Assembly (NCBI GenBank): GCA_046597055.1
Contig: JBKJLC010000057.1
Coordinates: 1 to 61,486, forward strand
Length of the DNA stretch: 61,486 bases
Reading direction: 5' to 3'
From: Kofleriaceae bacterium
GTDB lineage: Bacteria; Myxococcota_A; Polyangia; Haliangiales; Haliangiaceae
Each line of letters begins with the position of its first letter. The stretch's first letter is position 1. Below the pieces are notes generated by a model. The model did not search any database. It saw nothing but the letters and a program-made list of their open reading frames with translations, and was not told where the DNA came from. Shown one piece after another: positions 1 to 9,880 of this stretch. Both the position numbers and the translations under genes were made by a program.

Positions 1-312
1 CGGCGTGGTCTCGACCAGCGGCAGGCCCATCTTCTGGCTCCACCACAGCAGGCCGGTCACCAGCTGGCGGCGATCGTCCACGAACGACGGCTTCTTGCCT
101 TCGAACGCGTGGCCCACGAACTGGAAGGCCCAGCCGACCGCGAACAGCGGGATCGCCAGCGGCAGGCCGACCACGGTCGCGGCGAGCGGCAGCGACGCGG
201 CGATCATGGGGATGCCGATCGAGTGGCAGACCTGGTTGGTCTTGTTCTGGTGGTCGTCCTGATACTTCGCCATCAGGCTGGACCATTCGGGACCGAGTTT
301 CACGAGGGCCAT
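1..312 (-). CDS. DUF962/Mpo1-like small membrane protein (runs off window edge)
   Basis: Manual translation MALVKLGPEWSSLMAKYQDDHQNKTNQVCHSIGIP...GWAFQFVGHAFEGKKPSF shows the HxNxxNxxxHxxGIP and QFxGHxxEGxxP motifs; overlaps the TetR stop. Confidence 0.85.
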   Translation of the reverse strand, partial: MALVKLGPEWSSLMAKYQDDHQNKTNQVCHSIGIPMIAASLPLAATVVGLPLAIPLFAVGWAFQFVGHAFEGKKPSFVDDRRQLVTGLLWWSQKMGLPLVETTP

Positions 313-995
313 GGGTGCTCCGGGGCAACGGGGACGGTGGCGAGCAGATCGAACGACGGGAGAGCGATGCGCAGGAGCGCCTCGACCAGCGCGTCGATGA
401 AGCGAGCGTCGTCGACCAGCGGGCGGCCGAGGACGTGGGCGTGGACGGCGCCCTCGAGCGCCCCGAACAGGACGAACGCGATCGGCAGCGGATCGTTGAC
501 ATGGCCCCAGCGGACCAGCAGCGCCGCGATCCGCTCGACCAGCTGACGCTCGCCGTCGCTGGTGAGGCGGTCGAGCTCGACGTCGGCGTGGCGGCGCTCG
601 GCGAGCACGGCGTGCAGGCCGGGATCGCTGGTGTGATAGGCGATCACGAGGTCGACGACGGTGCGCATGCGCTGGCGCACGTCGCGCAGCAGCGCGGCGC
701 GATCGCCGGCCGCGAACGGCGGGGTCGACTCGAGCAGCGCGAGGGTGCGGGTGGCGACGTCGACCTGGCGCGCGGCCGCGATCTGGCGGAGCACGTCGTC
801 CTTGCTGGTGAAGTACTGGTAGAAGCTGCCGGTCGCCGTCCCGGCCCGTTCGGCGATGCTGCGCGCCGTGGTCGCGGCGTAGCCGCGGGTCGAGAACTCG
901 CGCTCGGCGGCCATCAGCAGCGCGGCGCGGGTACGAACGGCGCGCTCTTGCGACGGCACCCGGGTGCGCGGCTGGGTCGCGGTCACGGCGCTCAC
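300..995 (-). CDS. TetR/AcrR family transcriptional regulator
   Basis: PSQERAVRTR...GYAATTARSIAERAGTATGSFYQYFTSKDDV N-terminal HTH. Confidence 0.93.
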   Translation of the reverse strand: MSAVTATQPRTRVPSQERAVRTRAALLMAAEREFSTRGYAATTARSIAERAGTATGSFYQYFTSKDDVLRQIAAARQVDVATRTLALLESTPPFAAGDRAALLRDVRQRMRTVVDLVIAYHTSDPGLHAVLAERRHADVELDRLTSDGERQLVERIAALLVRWGHVNDPLPIAFVLFGALEGAVHAHVLGRPLVDDARFIDALVEALLRIALPSFDLLATVPVAPEHPWPS

Positions 996-1008
996 TCGAC
1001 CACAAATG

Positions 1009-1028
1009 TGAACTAGAGGTCAAGTTCA
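1009..1028. promoter_or_regulatory. Putative TetR operator (imperfect palindrome)
   Basis: TGAACTAGAGGTCAAGTTCA is 16/20 self-complementary, lies 14 nt upstream of the tetR start and overlaps a minus-strand TTGACC. Confidence 0.65.
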
Positions 1029-1146
1029 ATAGAACGGTCTCGCGAGGTGGGCTGGGTGGGCTGAGGCTCCGTGCGCGCCGGCGCTGTGCCGCGACGGCAC
1101 GATCGATGGCTTGTCTCCGACCGGAGCGGCGGGGGAAGATGCGGCG

Positions 1147-3438
1147 ATGTTCGGGTTCGCCCGACGGGGGTTCACGACTGCGGCAGGGGTGCTGCTCGTG
1201 CTCACGAGTGGCGCCAGCTCCGCATGGGGTGACGACCTGCCCTCACCTGCGGGAGCCGTCGAACCAGCCCCCGACGACGGCGCGCCCCCGCCGGCCGCCG
1301 CCGAAGAGGAGCTCAGCGATCTGTCGCTCGAGCAGCTGATGGCGGTGTCGATCACGACCGCGTCCAACGTCGACGAGAAGCTCGGCGACGCGCCGGCGTC
1401 GGTCATCGTCATCACCCGCGCCGAGCTGGAGGAACGTGGCTATCGCCAGCTCGGCGACATCTTCGACGACCTGCCCGGGATGGACGTCGCGCGGCCGTAC
1501 GGCGACAACTGGGTGCTCGTCTACTGGCGCGGCTTCCGCGGCGACGTGTCGGCGCCGTTCCTGCTGATGATCGACGGCCTGCCGGTGAACTCGCTGTCCT
1601 TCGTCGACGTCGACGTGCCGCTGACCGCGGTGCCGCTGTCGGCGGTCGAGCGGATCGAGGTCGTGCAGGGCCCGGCGTCGTCGGTGTACGGGCCCAACGC
1701 GTTCATGGGTGTGATCAACGTGATCACCCTGTCGGACGCCGAGCAGGACGGCGTCATCACCTACGCCCGCATCGGCATGGGCTCGGAGGCGGCGCGGATC
1801 GCGGACGCGACCGTGTTCTACAAGCAGGGCCCATGGCGGCTGCGGGTGAGCGCGCGGTTCGAGACCGGCGTCCTCGACGACGCCCACAACGATCAGTACG
1901 AGTTCACCCGGGATGCCTACTACCAGGACGGCGAGCTCGGCCGCTCGCTGTGGGGTGGCTTCGTCGACAACCCGAACCTCGCCGGCTCTTACTCGCGCCA
2001 CGCTGCCCAGGCCGCCGAGGTGCACCTGTTCCACGAGAACACCGAGCTGGCCGTGCGCGGCATGAGCTTCGCGAGCGGCTATGGGGTCGAGTACACCGGC
2101 GACCGCGTGCTCAACAACTCGGTGTGGAACCGGTACGAGCTCGACGCCTACCTGCGCCACCAGCACGTGCTGACCCGCCTGCTCACGTCACGCACGGTGC
2201 TGCGCTATCGCGGCAGCGGGATCGCGAGCGACTCGTTCTTCGTCGACGGCTACACCGACGAGACCGAGGGGCGGCTGGCCGCGTTCTCGTACTGGCAGTC
2301 ACGCAATACCAGCTGGTCGGCGTACCAGGACGTCACCATGACGCCGGTCGATGGCTGGTCGCTGGTCGCCGGCCTCAAGCTCGAGCAGAAGGATCTGCAG
2401 AAGGCCTACAACATCAACGGCGAGGGCCCGGCCGGCACCCCCGGCGGCTACCAGGCGGTCGACACCATCGATGCCAGCACCTACTGGTATCCGGAGCCGC
2501 CGCAGCCGGTCCGCGAGGCGCCCAACCGGATCCTCACGGAGGATTTCGGCGCCTACGCCCAGCTGCGGCGCGAGCTCACCGACAACCACCATGTCCACCT
2601 CGGCGGCCGGGTCGATCGCAACTCCGGCTACGACGTCGCACCGACCGTACGCGCCGGCTATGTCGGGCGGCTCGCCCGCGGGCTCGTGCTCAAGACCCTG
2701 TACGGGCAGGCCTTCCAGGAGCCGCCGCCGCGGGTGCTTTACGGCGGGTGGACCGGATCTGGCTCGGACCCCGCGCTGCGCCCACAGCGCTCGCAGACCT
2801 TCGAGCTCGACGCGACCTTGACCCTGCCCGACGTGTGGCAGGGCCTGGCCGCGTACGCGGTGCGCTCGACCGACACGATCTCGGCCGGGTCGGTCCCGCG
2901 CAACTCCGGCGAGCAGCTGGTGCTCGGGCTCGACTGGTCGTTCCGCGCGCACGTCGCCGTGCCCCACCTCGACCGGCTCGAGCTGTCGGGCAGCTACACC
3001 CGGCTGTTCCATGCCGAGGAGGAGCTGACCGCCGCCGATGGCTCGCGCACGGTCGTGCGGATCGGCGATCTGTCGCGCGACAAGCTCCACCTGGGCGCGA
3101 CCGCTCGCTACGACCGCGACCTGTCGGTGAACCTGCGCGGGCGCTGGTTCGGACGGCGCACGACCACCCCGACCAACCCGCTGGGGGCGGTCGACGGCTA
3201 CGCCACGCTCGACGCGACGCTCGCCTACCGCAACATCCGCAAGTCCGGCGTCGGGGTCTCGGCGACGATGCTCAACGTCACCGATGCGCGCTACGTCCAT
3301 CCCGGCATCAACGACGCGTCGGGTGGCGACGACGCCTACGCTGCCGACGGCAGCTTCGTCGGCTCGCAGGGGTTCTTCAGCTCGGCGATGCCACAGCCCG
3401 GACGTGCGTTCCTGATCTCGCTATGGCTCGCGCCCTGA
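1147..3438 (+). CDS. TonB-dependent receptor (plug plus beta-barrel)
   Basis: Signal peptide, DLSLEQLMAVSITTAS, plug motif VERIEVVQGPASSVYGPNAFMGVINVIT, C-terminal PGRAF; start chosen at ATG 1147. Confidence 0.92.
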   Translation: MFGFARRGFTTAAGVLLVLTSGASSAWGDDLPSPAGAVEPAPDDGAPPPAAAEEELSDLSLEQLMAVSITTASNVDEKLGDAPASVIVITRAELEERGYRQLGDIFDDLPGMDVARPYGDNWVLVYWRGFRGDVSAPFLLMIDGLPVNSLSFVDVDVPLTAVPLSAVERIEVVQGPASSVYGPNAFMGVINVITLSDAEQDGVITYARIGMGSEAARIADATVFYKQGPWRLRVSARFETGVLDDAHNDQYEFTRDAYYQDGELGRSLWGGFVDNPNLAGSYSRHAAQAAEVHLFHENTELAVRGMSFASGYGVEYTGDRVLNNSVWNRYELDAYLRHQHVLTRLLTSRTVLRYRGSGIASDSFFVDGYTDETEGRLAAFSYWQSRNTSWSAYQDVTMTPVDGWSLVAGLKLEQKDLQKAYNINGEGPAGTPGGYQAVDTIDASTYWYPEPPQPVREAPNRILTEDFGAYAQLRRELTDNHHVHLGGRVDRNSGYDVAPTVRAGYVGRLARGLVLKTLYGQAFQEPPPRVLYGGWTGSGSDPALRPQRSQTFELDATLTLPDVWQGLAAYAVRSTDTISAGSVPRNSGEQLVLGLDWSFRAHVAVPHLDRLELSGSYTRLFHAEEELTAADGSRTVVRIGDLSRDKLHLGATARYDRDLSVNLRGRWFGRRTTTPTNPLGAVDGYATLDATLAYRNIRKSGVGVSATMLNVTDARYVHPGINDASGGDDAYAADGSFVGSQGFFSSAMPQPGRAFLISLWLAP

Positions 3439-3453
3439 CCGCGTCCGGTCGGA

Positions 3454-3747
3454 TCAGCGCGCGGCGTCTTCGATCGGCTGCGGCTCGGTGCCGCGCGCGC
3501 GGACCACGCCACGGCGGAGCAGCCGCGACGTGACCTCGGCCCAGCTCGCCTCGGCCGCGACCATGTCGATGCTGGCCAGGCGCGCGACCTGGTCGAGTTC
3601 CATCTGTTCGGGGCTCGCAACACACGGCGCGAGCAGGTGCGCGGCCTCGGCGAGCTCTTCCGGCAGGTGTTGAGCACAGGCCCAGTCGCCGCTCAGGACC
3701 AGCTCGGACAGGGTACGGAAGGCCTGGTGATCGAGAGGGTGCGACAT
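3454..3747 (-). CDS. Hypothetical protein (97 aa)
   Basis: GGAGGA RBS before ATG 3747; protein-like sequence MSHPLDHQAFRTLSELVLSGDW. Confidence 0.6.
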   Translation of the reverse strand: MSHPLDHQAFRTLSELVLSGDWACAQHLPEELAEAAHLLAPCVASPEQMELDQVARLASIDMVAAEASWAEVTSRLLRRGVVRARGTEPQPIEDAAR

Positions 3748-4062
3748 AGGTCCTCCAAGGCGAACCGGTGCCCGCGGTGCCGGCAACCGGACCAGTTCAG
3801 ATGGAGAGCGCAGATGCTCGCGGCGTGCCACCGGAGCGCACCCGTGGCTTCGAGCACTTCCCTACGTCGCGCGCGCGGCCCGAGCGCCACTGCCACAGCT
3901 CGATGGGGCGAGCGAGCGGCGGAGCGCGATCGCGTGGGGCTCATGGTGTCGATAGCGTGGCGCACGAACCCCACACGCCCTCGACGGCCCTACGAGGCGG
4001 GGACCGGGGAGGGGGAGAAGGAGAGGGAGGGGAGAAGGAGACGCCCGCTGCGACGGAAGGCG

Positions 4063-4182
4063 ATGCCTGCCAAGAAGCAGGCGACGAGGGCGGCCACGAA
4101 GAAGGCGGCGGCCGCGACGAAGCCGGCGGCGAAGGCCAGGCCGGCGAAGGGCCGGCGGGCTGCGGTCACTCGACGGCGGTGA
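4063..4182 (+). CDS. Short Lys/Ala-rich histone-like peptide (39 aa) or relic
   Basis: GGAAGG then ATG; MPAKKQATRAATKKAAAATKPAAKARPAKGRRAAVTRRR; AAG codons in frame. Confidence 0.4.
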   Translation: MPAKKQATRAATKKAAAATKPAAKARPAKGRRAAVTRRR

Positions 4183-4648
4183 TCACGAGCTCGCGGGTCT
4201 TGCCGGCCAGCTTGAGCTCGACCTCGTCGGAGACGCGGCGACCGGTGAGCGCGCGGCCGAGCGGTGACCGAGGGGTGACCACCTGGACGGCGCCGGCCAG
4301 GGTGGCGCCGCCGCCGTGAGGCGCGACGAAGAAGCAGCGGGCGTCGCCGTCCTCGTCGACGGTGACCAGCGCGCCGCCACCGATGGGACCGCCCGGCCCG
4401 AAGGTCGGCACCGCCATCGCCTGCAGGTCGGCGAGCTCGGCCTCGAGCTCGACCACGCGCTGGGCCTGGCCGCGTGCCAGGTACGACTGCTCGAGCCCGC
4501 GGGTATCCTTGTCGTTCTCGGCGCGCGACTCGGCGTGGGTGGCGCCCTCGATCGCCGCGGCGTAGGCGCGCCGCGCCAGCTCGAGCACGCTGGCCACGTG
4601 CTCGATCAGCTCCTGCTTGAGCGCCTGCTTGCGCGTCAGCGTGTCCAT
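4166..4648 (-). CDS. GreA/GreB family elongation factor-like protein
   Basis: AENDKDTRGLEQSYLARGQ and VVTPRSPLGRALTG motifs. Confidence 0.88.
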   Translation of the reverse strand: MDTLTRKQALKQELIEHVASVLELARRAYAAAIEGATHAESRAENDKDTRGLEQSYLARGQAQRVVELEAELADLQAMAVPTFGPGGPIGGGALVTVDEDGDARCFFVAPHGGGATLAGAVQVVTPRSPLGRALTGRRVSDEVELKLAGKTRELVITAVE

Positions 4649-4653
4649 GACGG

Positions 4654-5466
4654 TCAGGGCCCACCGGTGAGCGCGTCGACGTCGGCGAGGCAGGCGGTGT
4701 CGAACAAGATCGAGTTGCCCGAGACCACGTACTCGCGCGCGAACGCCGCCATGTCGGAGGCGCCCTCGTTGAGCCAGTACATGACGCAGCGGTCGTTGGA
4801 GCAGTGCGCGCCGTGGGCCGCGTCGTGGTGGGCCGACGTGGTCGCGACCCCGTTGGCGACCAGGCCGATGCCGTGCGCCAGCTCGTGGACCAGCACCGAT
4901 TGCTCGACGAAGCGCTCGAGGTTGGGGAACGCCACCACGCCGGTGCCGGCGATGACGTCCTTGAACATCGCGATCACGCCGGTGTCGCCGAGCGACACCC
5001 CGAGCACGCCGGTCTGGACCCCGGCGGCGTCGGCGAAGTGACCGCTGACGAAGACGACGAAGTAGGTCTTCGTGGTCGCGGTGTCGCGCTGGCCGCGGTG
5101 CCGGTCGGCCAGCGCGAGCAGATCCGCCACGGTCAGCTCCTCGTCCGCGACCGCACCGATGTCCTGCATCGCCGCGGTCGTGGTCGGGAGGGTGACCTGC
5201 TTCTTGCCCGCGAACAGGCGCCCGATGTTCGCGGTCGACAGCGCGAAGGTGTCGCCGAAGCCGACCACGGTGCCCGTGTAGGGCGCCTCGCCGGTCTCGT
5301 AGTCGATCTCGATGGTGACGGAGGTGACGGCGGGGTCGAACACGCCGCGCGCGCCGGGCCCATCGCCCCCGGAGTCATCGTCGTCGCCCTCGCTCCCGCC
5401 GCAGCCTGCGCCAAGGCCGCACATCACCAGGAACAGCGCCGCGATGCCCGTGCTGATCGTGCTCAT
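4654..5466 (-). CDS. Zinc metallopeptidase-like lipoprotein
   Basis: Lipobox GAGC; HELAHGIGL...HCSNDRCVMYW (HExxH, archaemetzincin-like Cys/Met turn). Confidence 0.8.
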   Translation of the reverse strand: MSTISTGIAALFLVMCGLGAGCGGSEGDDDDSGGDGPGARGVFDPAVTSVTIEIDYETGEAPYTGTVVGFGDTFALSTANIGRLFAGKKQVTLPTTTAAMQDIGAVADEELTVADLLALADRHRGQRDTATTKTYFVVFVSGHFADAAGVQTGVLGVSLGDTGVIAMFKDVIAGTGVVAFPNLERFVEQSVLVHELAHGIGLVANGVATTSAHHDAAHGAHCSNDRCVMYWLNEGASDMAAFAREYVVSGNSILFDTACLADVDALTGGP

Positions 5467-5648
5467 CTCGGAAGCGTACAACTCTCGTTCGCGGTCGGGG
5501 GCGGTACGGAACCAGAGCCGCCTCGCCACGCCCGGCGCGCCCCCGGTGGGGTGAGCGCGGACGCGCGCGACACGCATGTCGTACCGGAGCCCACCCATCT
5601 TGGGTGATGTTATCGGGCAGGCGTTGGTGGCAAGCTCCGGGCGTGTCG

Positions 5649-6161
5649 ATGTACGGCGAGCGTGCGGAGCCGGGGCAAGAGCCCGGCGCTGGTGACGAGG
5701 TCGCCTCGAGCCCCCGGCGCGTGTTGGTGGTGGACCACGACGCCGACCTGGGCGCGTGCGTCCGCGAGCTGGTGATGTTCCTCGGCCATCGCGAGGTCGA
5801 GGTGTCCCAGCCCGACCAGGCGCTCGCGGTCGCCGCCAGGCTGGGCCCCGACATCATCGTGCTCGACGTCGGTCAGCCCGGCGGCGCCGGGCTCGAGCTC
5901 GCCAGCCGGCTGCGCCGGCTCGCAAGCGAGCGCCCGCTGCTGCTGATCGCGCTCACCAGCTGGAGCAGCCCGAACGAGGCGGCGCGAGCGGCAGCGGCCG
6001 GCGTCGACCACTACCTGCAGAAACCGGTCGGGCTCCACGTGCTGCGCCGCCTGGTCGGCAGGGTCGGGACCGTGGCCCCGGTCGCACCCGCGGCGTGGGC
6101 CGAGGGCTCCGACGCCTGGCGCGCGCTGGCCGACCTCGTCATGGACGACGATCTCGGCTGA
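5649..6161 (+). CDS. Single-domain response regulator (receiver)
   Basis: RVLVVDHD, PDIIVLDVGQPG, LIALT, YLQKPV; start uncertain. Confidence 0.85.
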   Translation: MYGERAEPGQEPGAGDEVASSPRRVLVVDHDADLGACVRELVMFLGHREVEVSQPDQALAVAARLGPDIIVLDVGQPGGAGLELASRLRRLASERPLLLIALTSWSSPNEAARAAAAGVDHYLQKPVGLHVLRRLVGRVGTVAPVAPAAWAEGSDAWRALADLVMDDDLG

Positions 6162-6243
6162 TCGCGCCCGCGCGGCCCCGGCCCGCCCGCGCGGCGATCG
6201 GCCGCGTGGTATCGACCGATCATGAGCCAGCGCGGGGCGGTCG

Positions 6244-7278
6244 GTGACTGAGCGGCTCCGCGTCGGCGTGATCGGCGCCGGCTCGATCGGCTGCTACGTC
6301 GGCGGCCGGCTGGTCGCGGCCAACACCGCCGATGTCGTGCTGGTCGGACGGGCCCGGCTTGCCGACGAGATCGCGGCCCACGGCCTCACGGTCAAGGACT
6401 TCGACCGGCCGGCGGTCCCGGTCGCGGCCGCGCGGATCGAGTTCGCGACCACGGTCGGCGCGCTGGCCGCCTGCGACGCGGTGCTGTGCTGCGTGAAGAG
6501 CGCCCAGACCGCCGAGGTCGCGCACCAGCTCGCCGGCGTGCTCCGGCCCGACGCCGTGGTCGCGAGCCTGCAGAATGGTGTCCGGAACCCGGACGTCCTG
6601 CGCGACGGCCTGGCCGGTCGCCCGGTGATCGCTGGCATCGTCAGCTTCAACGTCGTGGCGCGTGGGGGCGGCTTGTTCCACCGTGCCACCAGCGGGCCGC
6701 TCATGCTCGAGGATCGACCGGAGCCGCACGCGCGCGCCCTGGTCGCCGCGCTGCGCGCCGCGCGGATGGAGGTGGAGTTGCGCGCCGACCTCGCACCCGA
6801 CCAGTGGACCAAGCTCCTGGTCAACCTCAGCAACGCGGTGAGCGCGCTGTCGGGCGCACCCACCCGCGAGATCCTGCAGTCGCCGCGGTATCGCCGCGTC
6901 GTCGCCGCGGTGGCCGAAGAGGCCATCCGCGTCCTGCGGGCCGCGAAGCTCCGCCCGGCCCGGCTGCGCGGCGTGCCGGTCGCGGCGATGCCGAGCATCC
7001 TGCGCCTGCCGACCGCGCTGGTCCGGGTGGTGCTGCGCGCGCAGCTGCGCGTCGATCCGGCGGCGCGCTCGTCGATGTGGGACGACCTGACGCGCGGGCG
7101 CCCGACCGAGGTCGACTACCTCAACGGCGAGATCGTTCGCCTCGCCGAACGCGCCGGGGTGCCGGCGCCGCTCAACCGCCGCGTGGTCGAGCTGGTCCAC
7201 GAGGCCGAGCGCGCCGGCCCGGGCTCACCGCAACTCGGCGCCGACGCGCTGTGGGCCGGCCTGACCGCCCGCCTGTGA
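6244..7278 (+). CDS. panE: 2-dehydropantoate 2-reductase family (PanE/ApbA)
   Basis: GAGSIG, CVKS, SLQNGV, QWTKLLVN, SSMWDDL...TEVDYLNGEI. Confidence 0.88.
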   Translation: MTERLRVGVIGAGSIGCYVGGRLVAANTADVVLVGRARLADEIAAHGLTVKDFDRPAVPVAAARIEFATTVGALAACDAVLCCVKSAQTAEVAHQLAGVLRPDAVVASLQNGVRNPDVLRDGLAGRPVIAGIVSFNVVARGGGLFHRATSGPLMLEDRPEPHARALVAALRAARMEVELRADLAPDQWTKLLVNLSNAVSALSGAPTREILQSPRYRRVVAAVAEEAIRVLRAAKLRPARLRGVPVAAMPSILRLPTALVRVVLRAQLRVDPAARSSMWDDLTRGRPTEVDYLNGEIVRLAERAGVPAPLNRRVVELVHEAERAGPGSPQLGADALWAGLTARL

Positions 7279-7323
7279 TGACGCGATCGCTCGCGGCGAC
7301 CCGATCGGCATCGCGCGATCGAT

Positions 7324-8163
7324 CTAGAACGGGCCGCGGACGACGAGGCCGCCGCCGTCGCGGTCGATCGAGCCGCTCAGCTCCATCCTGCGATCGGCGC
7401 GTCGGCCGAGATAGTAGAGCGTCACGCCGGCGGTCGTCACCAGCGCGCCCGAGAGGCCGAGGATCAACGCACGCCGGGCCGCGCTCTCGCCGCGCTCGTA
7501 CCGCTCGGCGTCGCCGACCCCCCAGCGATGGCCCTGCGGCAGCGACTCGATGTCGCTCTCGAACGAGCGCGCCCGGATGGCCTCGACCGCACCCGAGACG
7601 AGGCCGACCGCCCCGACCGCAGTCACCACGAGTCCTACCGGTGCCAGCCGCGAGCGACGGCGAGGTTGGTCACCGGTGCTGCTGGCGACGGCGCTGGCGC
7701 TGGCGTCAAGCGGGTGGCTCGCGACGCTCGGGGCCACGGCGAGGACCGGCGCGGTCGCGACGGTCGGCGGCGCCTCGGCGCGAGCGACGGCGGTCTGGTC
7801 GGGTGTGAGCATCGCGATGGTCCGCTCGGCCAGCGTCCGGCGCGGATCGGTCACCGGCGCGGTCGCGAGGAAGCGGCGATAGGCGCTGACCGCCTGGGCC
7901 GGCTTGCCGGCGCGACGCCAGCACGAGGCGATGTTGAACATCAGCACCGGATCGGCGTTGATCGCGTGGGCCCGCTCGAACGCGAGCCGCGCGTTGGTGA
8001 AGCGCTCGTCTCGGAACGCGGCGGTGCCGCGCTCGACCTCGGCGCGATAGGTCGCGAGCGCGTCGTCGCGGGCGGCGCCGGCACCGGGCGGGTCGGCGCC
8101 GCCCCGGTCGGGATCCGTGCGTGCGTGACCCGCGGTCGCCACGAGCGTGGCGATCACGAACAT
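7324..8163 (-). CDS. TPR-containing exported/membrane protein (kinase-associated type)
   Basis: ERGTAAFRDERF...LMFNIASCWRRAGKPAQAVSAYRRFL TPR, C-terminal hydrophobic segments; start approximate. Confidence 0.78.
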   Translation of the reverse strand: MFVIATLVATAGHARTDPDRGGADPPGAGAARDDALATYRAEVERGTAAFRDERFTNARLAFERAHAINADPVLMFNIASCWRRAGKPAQAVSAYRRFLATAPVTDPRRTLAERTIAMLTPDQTAVARAEAPPTVATAPVLAVAPSVASHPLDASASAVASSTGDQPRRRSRLAPVGLVVTAVGAVGLVSGAVEAIRARSFESDIESLPQGHRWGVGDAERYERGESAARRALILGLSGALVTTAGVTLYYLGRRADRRMELSGSIDRDGGGLVVRGPF

Positions 8164-8176
8164 CGCGGGCAGCGCC

Positions 8177-9694
8177 TTAATAGAGCGTCGGGGGCTCGAC
8201 GGTCGCAAAGCTTGGCTCCTTCGCCGGTGCCGGCGCGTCGGGGGTCACGGAGGTGGGGGCCGACGGCCCGGGCGCGGGCGTCGCCGGAGGTCCGCTGGCG
8301 CGGCGCGGCCGGGGTCGGGTCGCGACTGGCTCGCGGACCGACGCTCGCGCCGAGGCCTGGCCGCGGTCACGGTCGGCCTGGGGCTTGGCAGCGACGCGCC
8401 GGTCGCGCTCGCGCGGGTCGGCGCCGCGCCGGAGGTCCTCGCGTTGTTCGGGGGCGCGCCGGGGCGCCACCGGTGACGCTACCGGCGGTTCGGCGACCAT
8501 GATCACCCGCGCGGCCGGCACCGCGATCACCGCGACCGGACTCGGGCTGGCGACCGGCGCCGCGGCCTGAGGCGACAGCACGCGCACGAGCAGCGCGGCA
8601 GCGAGCCCGAGCCCAGCCGCGCCCACGCTCGCGAGCATCCAGATCGACGCGGCCGGCGCCCGCGAGGCGCCCGACTCCCACCGGGTGGCGTCGCTCGCGG
8701 ACGCGGGCAACGTGATGGCGATCCGGCTGGTGGAGGTGTCGTCGCGGCCACCGGCTGCGCGTTCGTCAGGCGAGGTCGGCTCGTCATCGCCGAACAACCG
8801 GCGGCGCGGCACCGCGTCGTCGTCGAACCCCGCCTGGCCGGGCAGGGTCGGTGCTTCAGCGGTCGCCAGCCCGGCGAGGGCCTCGTCGAGCGCCGCCATG
8901 GTCGCGAACCGTTCGCTGGGTCGCTTGGCCAGGCACCGCTCGATGATCGCCGACAGCGCGGCCGACACCGGCGCGATCGCGGACGGCGGACGCGGCGCGC
9001 AGAACGCGTGCTCGGCCATCATGTCGGCGGTGTTCGTGCCGGCGAACGGCAGCGTGCCGGTGACCATGTGATAAGCCACCACGCCCAGCGCGTAGACGTC
9101 GGTGCGAGCATCGACGTCGTGGCCACCCTCGGACTGCTCGGGCGCCATGTAGGCCGGCGTGCCCAGCACCACGCCGGTCTTGGTCGGCTCGCGACCGTCG
9201 ACGTCACGCTTCGCGATGCCAAAGTCGAGGAGCTTCACGCGCTCGCCGGCCGCCGCCGCAGCATCGGGGACCACGAACACGTTCTCCGGCTTGAGATCGC
9301 GGTGCACGATGCCAGCCGCGTGGGTGCACGCGAGCGCGGCGGCCAGCTGCCGGGCGAACGCGACCGCGCACGCCTCGCGAAGCCGGCCGCGCCGCAGCCG
9401 ATCGCTCAGCGGCTCGCCGACCAGCCGCTCCATCACGACGTAGGTGCGACCGTCGAGCGTGGTGCCGACGTCGAGGACCGCGACGATGCCGGGGTGACGG
9501 ACCGCGGCCATGGTGTGAGCCTCGTCCACCATCCGCCGCACCATGGTTGCGTCGCCGACGAGGTGGGGGTGTAGCACCTTGATCGCGACCGGCAGGCGAA
9601 GCGTGCTGTGCTCGCCAGCGAAGACCACGCCCATGCCGCCGCGGCCAATTGGCTCCAGCACGCGGTAGCGACCGAGATCCTCCAGGAGCGTCAC
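8177..9694 (-). CDS. Hanks-type Ser/Thr protein kinase with TM helix and Pro-rich tail
   Basis: IGRGGMG, VAIK, HRDLKPEN, DFGIAK, GTPAYMAPE; GTG start 9694 supported by the sigma54 promoter. Confidence 0.95.
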   Translation of the reverse strand: MTLLEDLGRYRVLEPIGRGGMGVVFAGEHSTLRLPVAIKVLHPHLVGDATMVRRMVDEAHTMAAVRHPGIVAVLDVGTTLDGRTYVVMERLVGEPLSDRLRRGRLREACAVAFARQLAAALACTHAAGIVHRDLKPENVFVVPDAAAAAGERVKLLDFGIAKRDVDGREPTKTGVVLGTPAYMAPEQSEGGHDVDARTDVYALGVVAYHMVTGTLPFAGTNTADMMAEHAFCAPRPPSAIAPVSAALSAIIERCLAKRPSERFATMAALDEALAGLATAEAPTLPGQAGFDDDAVPRRRLFGDDEPTSPDERAAGGRDDTSTSRIAITLPASASDATRWESGASRAPAASIWMLASVGAAGLGLAAALLVRVLSPQAAAPVASPSPVAVIAVPAARVIMVAEPPVASPVAPRRAPEQREDLRRGADPRERDRRVAAKPQADRDRGQASARASVREPVATRPRPRRASGPPATPAPGPSAPTSVTPDAPAPAKEPSFATVEPPTLY

Positions 9695-9706
9695 GCAGAG
9701 CCGTGA

Positions 9707-9722
9707 TGCAAGGGGTGTTCCT
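9707..9722 (-). promoter_or_regulatory. sigma54 -24/-12 promoter (kinase)
   Basis: Minus strand AGGAACACCCCTTGCA = GG-N10-GC with TTGCA. Confidence 0.65.
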
Positions 9723-9852
9723 CCCTCCGGATCGTCGGAGCGCGTGACCACCGCGACGGATCGGCCAACCAAAGTGGGGTCTCATCTCCGTCGATCGGGG
9801 GAATGGTCCCATGGGGACACCTCGAACTCGACGCGAGCTACCGGTACCGGAG

Positions 9853-9868
9853 TGGCACCCCCCATGCA
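9853..9868 (+). promoter_or_regulatory. sigma54 -24/-12 promoter (FG-GAP gene)
   Basis: TGGCACCCCCCATGCA. Confidence 0.75.
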
Positions 9869-9880
9869 CTGCACGGCGTC

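Noticed and set aside
1095..1110. sigma54 promoter for the TonB receptor (CGGCACGATCGATGGC)
   Set aside because: The -12 position reads GG, not GC
3759..3774. sigma54 promoter 13 nt before the 3747 start
   Set aside because: Poor consensus (CGGGCACCGGTTCGCC) and conflicts with a clear SD in the same interval
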